Shown here: piece after piece, positions 36,538-48,609 of the stretch | Layout of the letters: each line of letters opens with the position of its first letter | Position numbering within the stretch: the first letter of the stretch is position 1 | Assembly: GCF_018350175.1 (NCBI RefSeq) | Contig: NC_058373.1 | Span: 110,114,001-110,178,000 of the forward strand | Origin: Felis catus | Taxonomy: Eukaryota | Reading direction: 5' to 3' | Length of the DNA stretch: 64,000 nt | The notes under the pieces: model-generated | What the model saw: only the letters and a program-made list of their open reading frames with translations | What the model was told of the DNA's origin: nothing | Database searches by the model: none | Translations under genes and position numbers: made by a program

Positions 36538-37125
36538 GTAAGTTATTGAATAGTGAGTTATTGAATGGTGAGCGCATTACTGTTTTTTCTGGGAATCTTG
36601 AAGTATGAATAAATATTGCGAACATGAAGGCTTATCTAAACTTCACTGAGAGATGGTTGCAGAGATTCTATTTAAGGAAAAGGATTTATTTATGTACTTA
36701 TTTATTTAGGATTTACTCACATAAATCTTTTGGGGGGGAAGCACTCACTGATCTATACGCCTATCATATAACATCTATTTCTTTCAAGTCCCAAATCTTT
36801 ATTTCATGAAGGAAGGTCACCAACATCCTCACATTCCACCTGCTCACTGTGGTGAGTGAGTCTGGCGATGTGCCTGTGAGCATGCTGTCCCTGCGAGTGT
36901 CTGTGGGGGTACTGTGTGCTTGGAAAGGAGGTCGGGTATAGAAAATATACCACAATTACTTTTGAGAAATCTATTAACCTCAAAATTGGGCTTCAACTTA
37001 TTACCACCTTACACAATGACTTGTTGTACCCACGTTATGTGAAGCGAGTTTCAAAGCCTCTCACTTTCACAAGGGGTCTAAAGTCTTCCTTGAATGGATA
37101 TAGCTTCTTTTGTTTTTTCCTACAG

Positions 37126-37238
37126 ATCAGTGCAAGAACTTTAATGACTGGTTTGGCAACATTAAAATGAACCTTAAGGAGTGTTTTGAATCATCAGAAA
37201 CAAAAAAGAGTGTGGAAGAAAAGCTGCAAAAACTTTCT
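37126..37238 (+). CDS. SYNE2: SYNE2 window exon 19 (113 nt) (D)QCKNFNDWFGNIK...KLQKLS
   Basis: cctacag| ... TCT|gtaaga; phase 1/0. Confidence 0.92.
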
Positions 37239-37589
37239 GTAAGATATATGTAAATTTTAATCAAAATTTATCAAAGCTAACATACTAGAGGCATAGAACT
37301 GTATTTAACTAGATAAAATAATAATTACTTTGACTTGCTCATTTCTCTACATAGAGATAATGTTTCCAAATAACCGACTTTTTCCCAAATTTTTGAAACT
37401 CCATATTTATGGGGTCAGGGTGCAAGGCACTTTAAGCAATTTCTGTTTTCACACCTATTCTAAGATGCTGTTTAACAGGGTGTACTGGTGAATCCGGTTT
37501 TGGTAAAATCATATTTCATACAAAATAAAGGCTTTGCCTAATGTGGACTTGGATGTCCCTTTACTTTTCCTTTTGTTTTTTAAGTGTTG

Positions 37590-37660
37590 GTTTTCTTTTT
37601 CTTTTTTTTTCTTTTTTTTTTTTTTTTTTTTTTAGTATTTACTTATTTATTTTGGGGTTG

Positions 37661-37691
<31 letters not shown>

Positions 37692-37818
37692 CAGACTCTC
37701 AAGTAGGCTTCCCACTGTCAGCTCAAAGCCCAATGCCGCGCTCAAACTCACAAACCGCGAGATCATGAGCCCAAATCAAGAGTCGAACGCTTAACCAACT
37801 GAGCCACCCAGGAGCCCC
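37590..37818 (-). mobile_element. Can-SINE
   Basis: Long T tract, (GA)n, reverse head. Confidence 0.9.
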
Positions 37819-38074
37819 AAAGTCTCTTTACTTTCTTGAGAGAGGTCTCTTGACTTTCTGTTAAGTTTTTTCTGAGTAACATTTCTTTTAACAGTCTCAT
37901 TTGGACTTTCATGTAGCTGGTCGGAGGGTAGTGGAGGGCAGCTTGGAATAAAAGGTAATGTGCAAGCAAGCATTTAAAATGCATATGGCACCTTAAATCT
38001 TCATCGCTTTAGGCTAGATTGTCTAGTACTTTTAGGGAGGGTTAGCCTTTTGTTTTTTAAGCACTATTTGTATG

Positions 38075-38414
38075 ATTTTATTTATTTTTATTCTTTTAAT
38101 TTAAATCCAAGTTAATTAACATATGGTATAATAATGATTTCAGGAGTAGGATTTAGTGATTCATCATTTAACTTATAACACCCAGTGCTCATCCCAACAA
38201 GTGTCCTCCTTAATGCCCACCACCCATTTAGCCCATTCCCCCACACAACACCCCTCCAGCAACCTTCAGTTTGTTCTCTGTATTTAAGAGTCTCTTATGG
38301 TTTAACTCCCTGTTTTTATATTATTTTTCCTTCCCTGCCTTTATATGCGTCTGTTTTGTGTCTTAAATTCCACATATGAGTGAAATCGTATGATATTTGT
38401 CTTTCTCTGACTGA
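38075..38414 (-). mobile_element. Carnivore L1 3' end, 5'-truncated
   Basis: AAATCCAAGTTAATTAACATATGG...TGATATTTGTCTTTCTCTGACTGA; apparent TSD AGAYTGTCTAGTACT at 38016-38030 and 38415-38429. Confidence 0.88.
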
Positions 38415-39040
38415 AGACTGTCTAGTACTGTAGTTTGATGATGAGTCATGCTCTCAAGCTTATGAGTGGCACTAAGTATTCCTTGTTTGATTCTTTACTT
38501 TGCTGATACTGTTCTTTATTGGTAGAATTGCCTTTCTTCTTTTTTAGTTTAAGTCCTGACTTTTTTGTCGTTGTTGTTGCCTTTAACTTTGTCCGTCGCA
38601 TGGCCTTAACAAATGATGCTCAAACCTTGAAACACAAACATTGAAATAAAATTCTTATTTGGATAGAGTTAAATAGAGAATAGTCTGTGTAGTTTTACAT
38701 GTTGATTACCCGAGGGGAGCAAGTATTTAGAAGCTGAGCAGAGTCGGGAAAGAAAAATACAGCTTCCCCAGTCTTACTCCTACTGACTTTCATGAACAAG
38801 CATTATTTTGCTTGATGTCATATCCAGCAAGTCAGATGCAGACACACATTCGACAACTAATGTAAATTATCTTTTGGTCATTTGCCATTGGCGCTAGCCA
38901 TATCTCCGTAGCTTTTCTTTCGTATAGGATGTTAGAAAGGTGACATGTCTACGTACCAGCTTGGAAAAGCGCTACAGGGGTGGTAGAGACCACACTTCAG
39001 CTTGCCAGTAGAGCATCACTGACTTTCTGTCTTCCTTAAG

Positions 39041-39243
39041 GATTTCTTAACTCTTGAAGGAAGAGGCAGTAAAACACAGCAGGTGGGAACTGTACTAAGT
39101 CATGTGAAGAAGCATCTGCCCAAAGCACATGTTAAGGAGCTTCACAGTTGGATTATAAATCAAGAAATTGAATTAGAAAAAATGGAGTCCATTTGCCAGG
39201 CACGAGCAAAGGAGCTGAATGCCTGCTTGCAACAGCTACTGAG
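39041..39243 (+). CDS. SYNE2: SYNE2 window exon 20 (203 nt) DFLTLEGRGSK...CLQQLL(S)
   Basis: ctgac branch point, cttccttaag| (AAG) ... AG|gtagga; phase 0/2. Confidence 0.92.
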
Positions 39244-39524
39244 GTAGGAAGTAAAGGTGATAGCTAAATAACATATGTTTCTAATGATCTCTTTACACGT
39301 TTTGCGCATCAGTACAGCTAGCATGGGGATGTACAATACACACAAATTTCACAAATAAAATATACGTTTTCAAATCTAAGTTTGACCCTAGGAAGATAGA
39401 AGTTGAGAGAATTCTTCAAATTATCTAATTGGCAGTAGTTCAGGGGAGAGTCCAAAAAATGTTTTGTTTCCTGTTCTTTGTGATATGTTTGCGTAGCTCG
39501 TTGCTTTATAGAATCCTACTGTAT

Positions 39525-39734
39525 ATATATTTTTTTAACATTTATTTATTTTTGAGACAGAGACAGAGCATGAACAGGGGAGGGTCAGAGAGAGAGGGAG
39601 ACACAGAATCTGAAACAGGCTCCAGGCTCTGAGCTGTCAGCACACAGCCCGACGCGGGGTTGGAACTCATGGACCGTGAGATCATGACCTGAGCCGAAGT
39701 CGGACGCTCAACCGACTGAGCCACCCAGGCGCCC
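39525..39734 (-). mobile_element. Can-SINE
   Basis: TSD TATAGAATCCTACT. Confidence 0.94.
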
Positions 39735-39918
39735 CTATAGAATCCTACTATAATACAGGCTACTGTTGTTCAGATTTTAATGTTGCGAATTAATTCTTCA
39801 CCAAAGAATAAAAAAAAAAATGTAGTAAAAGCCTGGTTTACAAAATCCATGCCAACCTTCTCTTCATAGAGACACTTTTTGTTTATTTTATATTCTAACG
39901 TATGTAATATTCTGTTAG

Positions 39919-40038
39919 TCTCCAGGATGACCACAGAAATCTGAGCACATGGTTGACCAGTCAAGAAGAGAAATGGAAAGAACTGGAAAAACCAGGAGAG
40001 AAAACTGAGCTATTTTGCGAAGCTGTAGCTAGAAAAAG
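39919..40038 (+). CDS. SYNE2: SYNE2 window exon 21 (120 nt) LQDDHRNLSTWL...EAVARK(R)
   Basis: ctgttag| ... AG|gtatag; phase 2/2. Confidence 0.9.
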
Positions 40039-40135
40039 GTATAGCTAATCCTGTATGAATATATTTTCTGCCAACATGGTTTCTTACATGGTATTGTGGC
40101 TCCTCTAAACTTTCGATGATGTTTGGAATTTTCAG

Positions 40136-40427
40136 GGAACAATTTGAATCTATGGCCCAGCTGAACAATTCTTTGAAGGAATATGGGCTTACTGAAGAAG
40201 AAGAAATAATGATGGAATCAACACATTTGATTGATAGATACCAGACATTTTTGAGACAATTATGTGAAATTGATGAAGAGGATAAGTTACCTCCTACAGA
40301 GGACCAGAGCTTTAATGATCTTGCACATGATGTAATTCATTGGATAGCAGGGATTAAAGAGTCCCTTATGGTTTTGAATTCATCTGAAGGCAAAATGCCA
40401 CTTGAGGAAAGAATCCAAAAAATAAAG
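40136..40427 (+). CDS. SYNE2: SYNE2 window exon 22 (292 nt) EQFESMAQLNNSLKE...EERIQKIK
   Basis: ttttcag| ... AAG|gtataa; phase 2/0; 97-nt upstream intron. Confidence 0.94.
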
Positions 40428-41601
40428 GTATAACTGTGGAAACTAAATTTCGGAGGTCAGAATGAACTCTAATTTTTAAAAGATTTACAGGAAAACTGCA
40501 AAGATTTGTTTCTTAATGGAAAATAGGATTACTGTGGAATGGCTGAGGACATTCAGATGACTGAGCTTACAAGAGAGAAGAGCTATGATGGATCTAAAAT
40601 TATTTTAAGGCAGACAGAAGAGAGAAGGTGTATTCTCTCTTTCTAAGGGCAGTACGTATGGAGCTGTGGCAGGTGGGAGTTTGCTAGGATATAAAAAGAA
40701 TTTATGTCAGTACAAAGACATATCCGCAATGTCAAGGCGGGGCTGGAGAGGAACTCTTCTTCAGAGCAAATATGTATGGCTCAAAAGGTTATTAGATATC
40801 GAGTACATTGCGTAGTTTATAAAGGTTATGACATGCCGAGGGGGTTGCAGAGGGCAAGGAACTCCCAAGCTCCTCTAAGCCCACTTTTTATCTAAGGAGA
40901 GATTCAATAGGCTTTGGTAGTTACAAATGCAGGGGACAGAAGCCCATGTGCTTAAAAGGAACCCAGAAGGATTGAAATAACAATCGAAGCATTATTACAG
41001 GAAGAAATGGTTCTGAATAGTGAGCTGTAAGAGTTGGTAAGGCTTACTGGAGTAATTGGAATCATTTGGGATTGTACGTGAAAGATTTTCCAGGGGAGGT
41101 GAATCTGGAGTAGTATTTCCAAGAAGGGAGGAACATGATGGTTAGAGCAAAGGAGGGAGAGAAGACCAGGGAATGGGAATGAATTATGTTGTAGTGGAGA
41201 GACAAGAGTTGACATGGGGCACTGCCTTTTCCTGTGGGAAGCCCTAAGTCTCATTTTGGGTGTGTAAAAATGTCTTGTTCAGGTTGTTTCCTTAAATAAT
41301 TCAGTGGATAGAAAGAAGGATTTTCCAGGGTCTTTTGGGCATATAACTTATTTGAAGGCAGTTGAAAATCAAGAGGAGAGCAGGAATGCAGCAAGGGCAA
41401 TCTGACAAATACTTAGGGAGAACCAATTCTGTATAATGTAAGGAGGTATCATTATCTTTTGGGCAACGTAAAAAATGAAAAGGTATTTCTGAAATCTACT
41501 CTGCAATTGGAATCTAAATAGAATGTTTATAAATAAAAAGGTATCATATGTACTTCCTCTAAGTAATGCAAATGAGATTCTAAGATCTTTCTTTACTTCA
41601 G

Positions 41602-41753
41602 GAAATCATTTTACTAAAGCCTGAAGGGGACGCTAAAATACAGACCATCATGAGTCAGGCTGAGAGCAGCAAGGCTCCATTGGCTCCAAAGACCCTTACT
41701 GATATCAAGAACCAGTGGGACAACACACTCCATTTAGCCAACACGTATCTAAG
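41602..41753 (+). CDS. SYNE2: SYNE2 window exon 23 (152 nt) EIILLKPEGDAKI...LANTYL(S)
   Basis: acttcag| ... AG|gtaaag; phase 0/2. Confidence 0.93.
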
Positions 41754-42415
41754 GTAAAGGACATGCCTTCACTTTCATGCCTTTTCATTGCCCGGTGAAG
41801 CCATAACAAGTATGTTTTGTCTGCCTCCTGGGTTTGGATATAATATCTGTTGGAGAGAAAGGCAGTAATGTCAGGGGCATTCACAATGTCAGAGGCAGAA
41901 ATGAAGATGAATATTTCTCGGGATCAGATAGGAAGCACATGCTGTCATAACTCTGTGACAGTGTTTACTTTGGCTGGTTCATCAACCCATGGAGCTCTCG
42001 GTAACAAATTAGCATTGTCTCCCATTCTACTTTCAACGCTCTGCTTCTTACCAAAACCCCCTTCCCCCAGACAATTTCAGAGTCAGCATGGTATTACTGT
42101 AGAATAATTACGCCTTTAAATATATATATTCCAAGAGAGTCTTAAGTGTGTAAACATTATAAATGTCCGAATTCAGTGGATGTAATTCTGATGAAAATTC
42201 TTAATTCATATCACATGTTAAATAATATGTTTACTCTTTAGTGGAGATGTGAATTTTAGATCTTTTCTAGGAAGACAAGCAGATCAAAACTAAATTTAAG
42301 CATAAACTAGTTAGTTGGTTAATATACTGAATGATTCTTTGTTTTACTTATATGAGCAAGAAAAATATAAGATAACATAATTATATTTAAGCACAATAAA
42401 AACTGGAATGGTTTA

Positions 42416-43039
42416 TTTATTTTTTTAATATATGAAATTTATTGTCAAATTGGTTTCCATACAACACCCAGTGCTCATCCCAAAAGATGCCCTCTTCAAT
42501 ACCCGTCACCCAGCCTCCCCTCCCTCCCACCCCCCCATCAGCCCTCAGTTTGTTCTCAGGTTTTAAGAGTCTCTTATGCTTTGGCTCTCACCCACTCTAA
42601 CCTCCTTTTTTTCTTTTCTTTTTTTTTCTTCCCCTCCCCCATGGGTTTCTGTTAAGTTTCTCAGGATCCACATAAGAGTGAAAACATATGGTATCTGTCT
42701 TTCTCTGTATGGCTTATTTCACTTAGCATAACACTCTCCAGTCCCATCCACGTTGCTACAAAGGGCCATATTTCGTTCTTTCTCATTGGCACGTAGTACT
42801 CCATTGTGTATATAAACCACAATTTCTTTATCCATTCATCAGTTGATGGACATTTAGGCTCTTTCCATAATTTGGCTATTGTTGAGAGTGCTGCTATAAA
42901 TATTGGGGTACAAGTGGCCCTATGCATCAGTACTCCTGTATCCCTTGGGTAAATTCCTAGCAGTGCTATTGCTGGGTCATAGGGTAGGTCCATTTTTAAT
43001 TTTTTGAGGAACCTCCACACTGTTTTCCAGAGCGGCTGC
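42416..43039 (-). mobile_element. Young 5'-truncated feline L1 (ORF2 end + 3'UTR + A-tail)
   Basis: Intact 126-aa ORF2 C-terminus; perfect 18-bp TSD AAAAACTGGAATGGTTTA at 42398-42415 and 43040-43057. Confidence 0.96.
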
Positions 43040-43321
43040 AAAAACTGGAATGGTTTAGAATCTAAATTATTAAGTGTTTGTTCTCAGGTCAAATTATGTG
43101 ACAAAAATCTATTTTTTTAGGAATGCTGCAAATAATTTCTGATTTGGTTTCTGAGCTAACCTTAGTGCTATTTAGAATGCTATATTGCCAAAAGAGTCAT
43201 TGGGAATAATTTATATTAGTGTTATTTTAATGCTTTTTATTGTAATGTATGTTATACTATAATATGCAAGAAGCATTCCAATTTCCTAAGTGTCATTTCT
43301 AAAATGTTTTGTACAACTTAG

Positions 43322-43631
43322 CCATCAAGAAAAGCTTCTACTAGAAGGAGAGAAGTATTTGCAAAGTAAGGAGGATCTGAGATTAATGCTCACAGAACTG
43401 AAAAAGAAACAAGAAGTGGGCTTTGCTCTGCAGCACGGTTTGCAGGAGAAGAAAGCTCAGTTAAAAATTTATAAGAAATTCCTCCAGAAAGCGCAAGATT
43501 TGACATCCTTGCTAAAAGAGTTAAAATCTCAAGGAAGTTACCTCTTAGAATGCACTAAAAATCCCAACTTCAGTGAAGAGCCTTGGCTGGAGATAAAGCA
43601 TCTACACGAAAGTCTTCTACAGCAGCTACAG
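43322..43631 (+). CDS. SYNE2: SYNE2 window exon 24 (310 nt) HQEKLLLEGEKY...SLLQQLQ
   Basis: aacttag| ... CAG|gtgaaa; phase 2/0. Confidence 0.93.
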
Positions 43632-43989
43632 GTGAAATGGTCAAAATGAGTTTTTTAATGATTGTCATAATTATGCACAAGTATGTCAAATTTGTATATG
43701 GAACCATTTTTTGTTCTGGTAAATCAAAAACTTTTAACGCTTAATTTATCCTTTTTAGATACAAATACTGACTCTGTAAGGGTAGAGAGCTCAATCCAGT
43801 CAGTGTTGCTAGAGAAATCCAGTGGCCATTATTTGATTATTGTGTTATTTTTTTTCTCATCCAAGTTCCTATTTTCAAGGGCCAGAAGGGTTAAGATTTA
43901 AGTATCTCTCTGAAGGTGATGATGTTGAAGTTATCCATGCATCTACCTATCCATCCCTTCATCCATCATCTATTCATTGGAATAGTTTA

Positions 43990-44351
43990 CAGGTGACCCA
44001 TGAACAAAGTGGGGGGCTAGGGATGCTGAGCGCCCCCCACAGTTGAATATTTGCATATAACTTTTTACTCCCACCAAACTTAACTGCTAATAGCCTACTG
44101 TTGACAGGAAGCCTTAGAGATAACATAAACAGTTGATTAACACATATTTTGTATATGTATTATATATCTATATTAATATATGACTTGTATATTATATATT
44201 ACCTAAAACATATATTACTTATAATGTAGTAAGTTAGGGAAAAGAAAATGTTATTAAGAAACTCATAAGAGGAAATACATTTACAGTACTGTACTAGCTC
44301 TGTGATAAGTGGATCCATATAGTTCAAATTCATGTTGTTTAAGGTCAGCTG
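43990..44351. mobile_element. Tigger2a-like (TcMar-Tigger) MITE
   Basis: TA-flanked TIRs CAGGTGACCCATGAACAA / TTGTTTAAGGTCAGCTG; internal TAATAGCCTACTGTTGAC motif. Confidence 0.85.
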
Positions 44352-45152
44352 TATATTCATTATTCTGTATAAACCTTACCAGTTTCCCTCCCTTGAGTGG
44401 TCTGCAGTAAAAGAGTTAAGAGATAAATGTCAGCTTGTCACAAGGGAATGTATTCTCATAAGAGAATTGTCTGTAATTCTTTGCATATGGGAAGTTAGAT
44501 CAATATAAGGATTATGTGGGTAAGAAGTCTTGCTTATACAGATTGCAGGACGTGTGCAGGGGTAAAGAGATACCTACTTGGCTATAAATTATTTAGTTTA
44601 ATAATTGCTACTTTTCTGATGAGGTGTGGCCGCCTTATTTTCTTATTCCAGGAAGCAGGCCTGAAGATGGGTTTGTTCTCGAGTTAGGATTCCTTTTTCC
44701 TAAGACACAATGTTGGACTTGAATTCTTAGGAGAGGAATCTGAGGTTAGGCTGATCTCATATAGTCTCATTTACAACTGTGGGTATTTGATTTTACTAAG
44801 AAGGATAATTAAGGGAGCTGCTTTATTATGGATGTTTGTGATTTGATGATATAATTTGAAGCCTTTACATTTTGTAAACCTCTTGAGAAGTAAATTGTCC
44901 TTAGGAATGAAATGAAGGCCAAGAAGCATGTGATTTCAATAAGCCATTTGTGGGGGGTGGGGAGGAGGAGATTTTACATGGAAATATCTCAAATACTAAA
45001 ACTTTACTTAAGAACTCTGGACAATTTATATGGCCCTACTCCTGTTTCCAGATGAAACTTCATAAAATAAGTGTGTATGAACAATTTAATTATTTTCTGA
45101 GGGAGGAAATTCAGAGACATAATTGGTGAATTGTCAATGGTTTTGTTTTTAG

Positions 45153-45317
45153 GGTTCCGTGCAAAAATTGGAAGGTCACGTTCAAGAACACCACTCATAC
45201 CAGGTTTGCGTCGCAGACCTGAATACTACATTGGACAATCTCTCCAAGGAACTTGCCAGTTTTTCTGATAAGCCTTTGGATCAAATAGCAACTGAGGAAA
45301 AACTGCAGAAACTGCAG
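45153..45317 (+). CDS. SYNE2: SYNE2 window exon 25 (165 nt) GSVQKLEGHVQEH...EKLQKLQ
   Basis: tttttag| ... CAG|gtatta; phase 0/0. Confidence 0.93.
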
Positions 45318-45474
45318 GTATTAAACAGTGTCCAGACATGATGGACATGAAAACAAAATCAATATTAATTACGATGAACAAATCAGTGTCTTTGGTCAGA
45401 AATCCAGTTGTTATTCAGATAGTTAAAAGTAATTAAAGGTCTGGCCAGTCATAGAAAATGGGGATGTTCTTCTT

Positions 45475-45961
45475 TTTTTTTTTTTCTTTTTTTTTTGTTT
45501 TTATTTTTATTTAAAAAAAATTTTTTTTTCAATGTTTATTTATTTATTTTTTTGGGACAGAGAGAGACAGAGCATGAACGGGGGAGGGGTAGAGAGAGAG
45601 AGGGAGACACAGAATCGGAAACAGGCTCCAGGCTCCGAGCCATCAGCCCAGAGCCTGACGCAGGGCTCGAACTCAACGGACCGTGAGATCGTGACCTGGC
45701 TGAAGTCGGACGCTTAACCGACTGCGCCACCCAGGCGCCCCTCTTCTTTTTTTTTTCTTAATATTTTATTTATTTTTGATAGAGAAAGACAGAGCACAAG
45801 CGGGGGAGGGGCAGAGAGAGAAGGAGACCCAGAACCCGAAGCAGGCTCCAGGCTCCGAGCCATCAGCACAGAGCCCGATGCGGGGCTCGAACTCACAAGT
45901 TGCGAGATTATGAATTAAGCCGAAGTCGGATGCTCAATTGACTGAGCCACCCAGGCGCCCC
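45475..45961 (-). mobile_element. Two Can-SINEs, younger one inserted in the tail of the older
   Basis: Outer TSD GGGATGTTCTTCTTT. Confidence 0.93.
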
Positions 45962-47431
45962 CGGGATGTTCTTCTTTAGTGACCAAATCCATTTATAATT
46001 TGACTTAAACATTTCCCTGCACTCTGGAGCCTCAGAGACAGTTCCACCCGTGACCAGTCTGTACCTCCTGGAGATCTTTGTTTTAGACCCCACATGTGAC
46101 CCCAGCAGATACTGACTAGTCAAAGGATGCGTAGTATGCAGCATGACCAGGAGGGAAATGCTTCAGTTTCGCATTCTTTATCAGGGGCAGATGGGAGTTA
46201 CAGAATTTGTGCCTTATTAACCTATATACTCATGCCGTAAATTAGAGCAGTCTCCAGATGTAAGGCTTCCAAAATCCCCTCCCACAGTCCAACAGCACCT
46301 ACCCTCATACAGTGAGGATCACACATGCTTTACCCTCGTCCTCAAAACATGTTCCTTGGATTCTCACTCTCTGCTTTGCCAACAAGCAGGCCTGCAAGGT
46401 GACTTCTAGAAGAAAACAAAGTAAAGCGGCTCTTTCTTTAACAGCTCCTTAACTGGAGATTTCATGGGGTGAGTCTCAGAGCAGCGCTGGTGGCCTTAGT
46501 GTGGGAATTTCTCATCTCTTTCTTTTAGGGATCTGGGAATCACACAAGCCTTCTCCTCCATGGCCTGATAGTGTGACAGGGCTGCTTCCCTTTTTAACAG
46601 TGATCATTTGACAATATTCAGGGCTCAGTCATATCCAAGGCACTGTCTGGGTTCCACGGATACCGAGGAAAGTGTCAGACATGAGCCCAGCTCAGGCTCC
46701 TGCTACAAAATTAACATAGAACCTCTGATATAGACAGAAGGAATCTCAGAGGCCATCAAGTTCAGACCCCACACTTTACACTAGATAAGCTGGGTTCTGG
46801 AGAGATGAGGGACTTCCAGGGTCATCAGGTTAAATGACAGAGTAGGGGCTACAATTCCGGTCTTCTGACCCCAGTGGACAAACTCCACTGGGATATTGTG
46901 CAGTTACCTGTGGTTCAGCAGGTCCGGAAAATAACGCAGCAACTTCCCTTTCTCCGTCTCCCAGCTCCCAACCAATAGGCCTGCTTTTTCTTCCGTATTC
47001 TCTGACTCTGAATATTTCTCCCATCTCTCCAAGGTTCAAGTCAGAATCCTGGCTATCCACGCTTTCCCAGATCCCTCAATCTAGTCAGACACCAAATGTT
47101 GTCTCTTTCATCTCTGGAATATCTGTACAGTTTGTTACTTCCCCAAGACCCCCGTTATTGCCTCCTTAGGGCAGACCCTCAGCAAACAGACCCCTGCATT
47201 CGACTTGTGAGTGGGCTCTCTGCCTGCACTTGTCACCCTGTCTATTGCAACATCCCCTTGGCCGCGCCAGATCTTTCTAAAATGCAGTCTGGACCTGTGT
47301 GTATTTGTTAGCATAGATCTTTTCACATTCTAATACAATTGTCTGTTTACTTCTGTGTCTCTCACTAGATTATAGGAACCTGATGGGACTGAATTTTACT
47401 CATCTATGCAACTTCAAAACCTATCATGATA

Positions 47432-47547
47432 GGGGCGCCTGGCTGGCTTGGTTGGTAGAGTGTGCAACTCTTGATCTCAGGGTTGTGAGTTCGAGCCCCA
47501 CATTGGGTGTAGACATTACTTAAAACATAAAGGACAATTTTTAAAAA
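47432..47547 (+). mobile_element. Short tRNA-derived Can-SINE
   Basis: GGGGCGCCTGGCTGGCT head; TSD CCTAYCATGATA. Confidence 0.88.
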
Positions 47548-48267
47548 GCCTACCATGATAATATTTGCTGCTGGTTGAATGAATGAATGAATAAATGAAT
47601 GAATGAGTGAATACTGTGTAGTCTATTAGGATAGTGACTAATAAATACTATCTAGTTCACTTAGCAACTTTAAGTCTTAACTCTATTTCAATAGTAACAT
47701 CAGTAACTGCTATAGTACCTCAAATTCCATTTGAGTCTTGAGTTCTCAAATTAGCCTGATTTGTTCATGCATTTAGTAAATATTATTTGGGTTCCTGCTA
47801 TATGTAAGATATTGCATTGGATAGACTGATTAAAGTTTTGCTCTGAATTTTAAATATTAACACTAGATTCATGTGGGCACATTCTAAATGATTCTTCTAT
47901 TTTTTTCAATGCTTTGCACAAAGTAAGCCCTTATTATTTAGTATTTTGTGTAAAAAGGCTGTATCTTGAACAAAATACATACTTAACAAATATATGTTGA
48001 CTGCCTCCAATGTTCTGGGAACTGTGTTATGAAATTTTCTTTGTTACTTCTTATAGACTTTTTAGTATCTTATACAGTCTGTTGGAGGTTTTGATCTGGG
48101 ATGCTACAGTGGTTTAAATCTTGCCCAAAGTTTTTTCTTTGTGATATGAATTGGTAAATTTATTATACTTTCCACTGCTGGAGAAGAATACTCTGCGATT
48201 TCCAAAAGTCAATGAACTCTTGTGACAATGGAAATACTTTGTGTGATCATCTTTTCTCCACTTACAG

Positions 48268-48609
48268 GAACTAGAGAATAGACTCAGTTTACAAGATGGC
48301 ACATTGGAGAAGATTTTAGCTTTAGCAAAATCCATCAAGAAAAATACATCTTCAGTGGGACAGAAGATTATTAAAGATGATATAAAATCACTTAAGTGTA
48401 AACAAAAGGATTTGGAAAACCGACTTGAATCTGCTAAGCAGGAGACAGAAAATTGTCTTCATAGCATTCTCCAATCAAAACGCTCAACAGAACAGAAAGA
48501 AAAGTTTAGTCTGCCAGGCAGAGAGGAGGAGGTCACTTGTGATGTGCAGGAGTCCACTCAGGACTCAGCTGTACTGGAAAAATTGGAGCAAGATTGGGAA
48601 ATAAACAAG
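48268..48609 (+). CDS. SYNE2: SYNE2 window exon 26 (342 nt) ELENRLSLQDGT...EQDWEINK
   Basis: cttacag| ... AAG|gtaagg; phase 0/0. Confidence 0.94.

Noticed and set aside
39919..39926. Alternative acceptor TCTCCAG| 7 nt inside exon 21 (and CTTTTCCAG| at 11059)
   Set aside because: Out of frame; the chosen acceptors are the ones that maintain the nesprin frame.
47432..47547. tRNA gene (also 8088, 9497, 55545, 59920)
   Set aside because: tRNA-derived short Can-SINEs with TSDs, A-tails and a degenerate cloverleaf.
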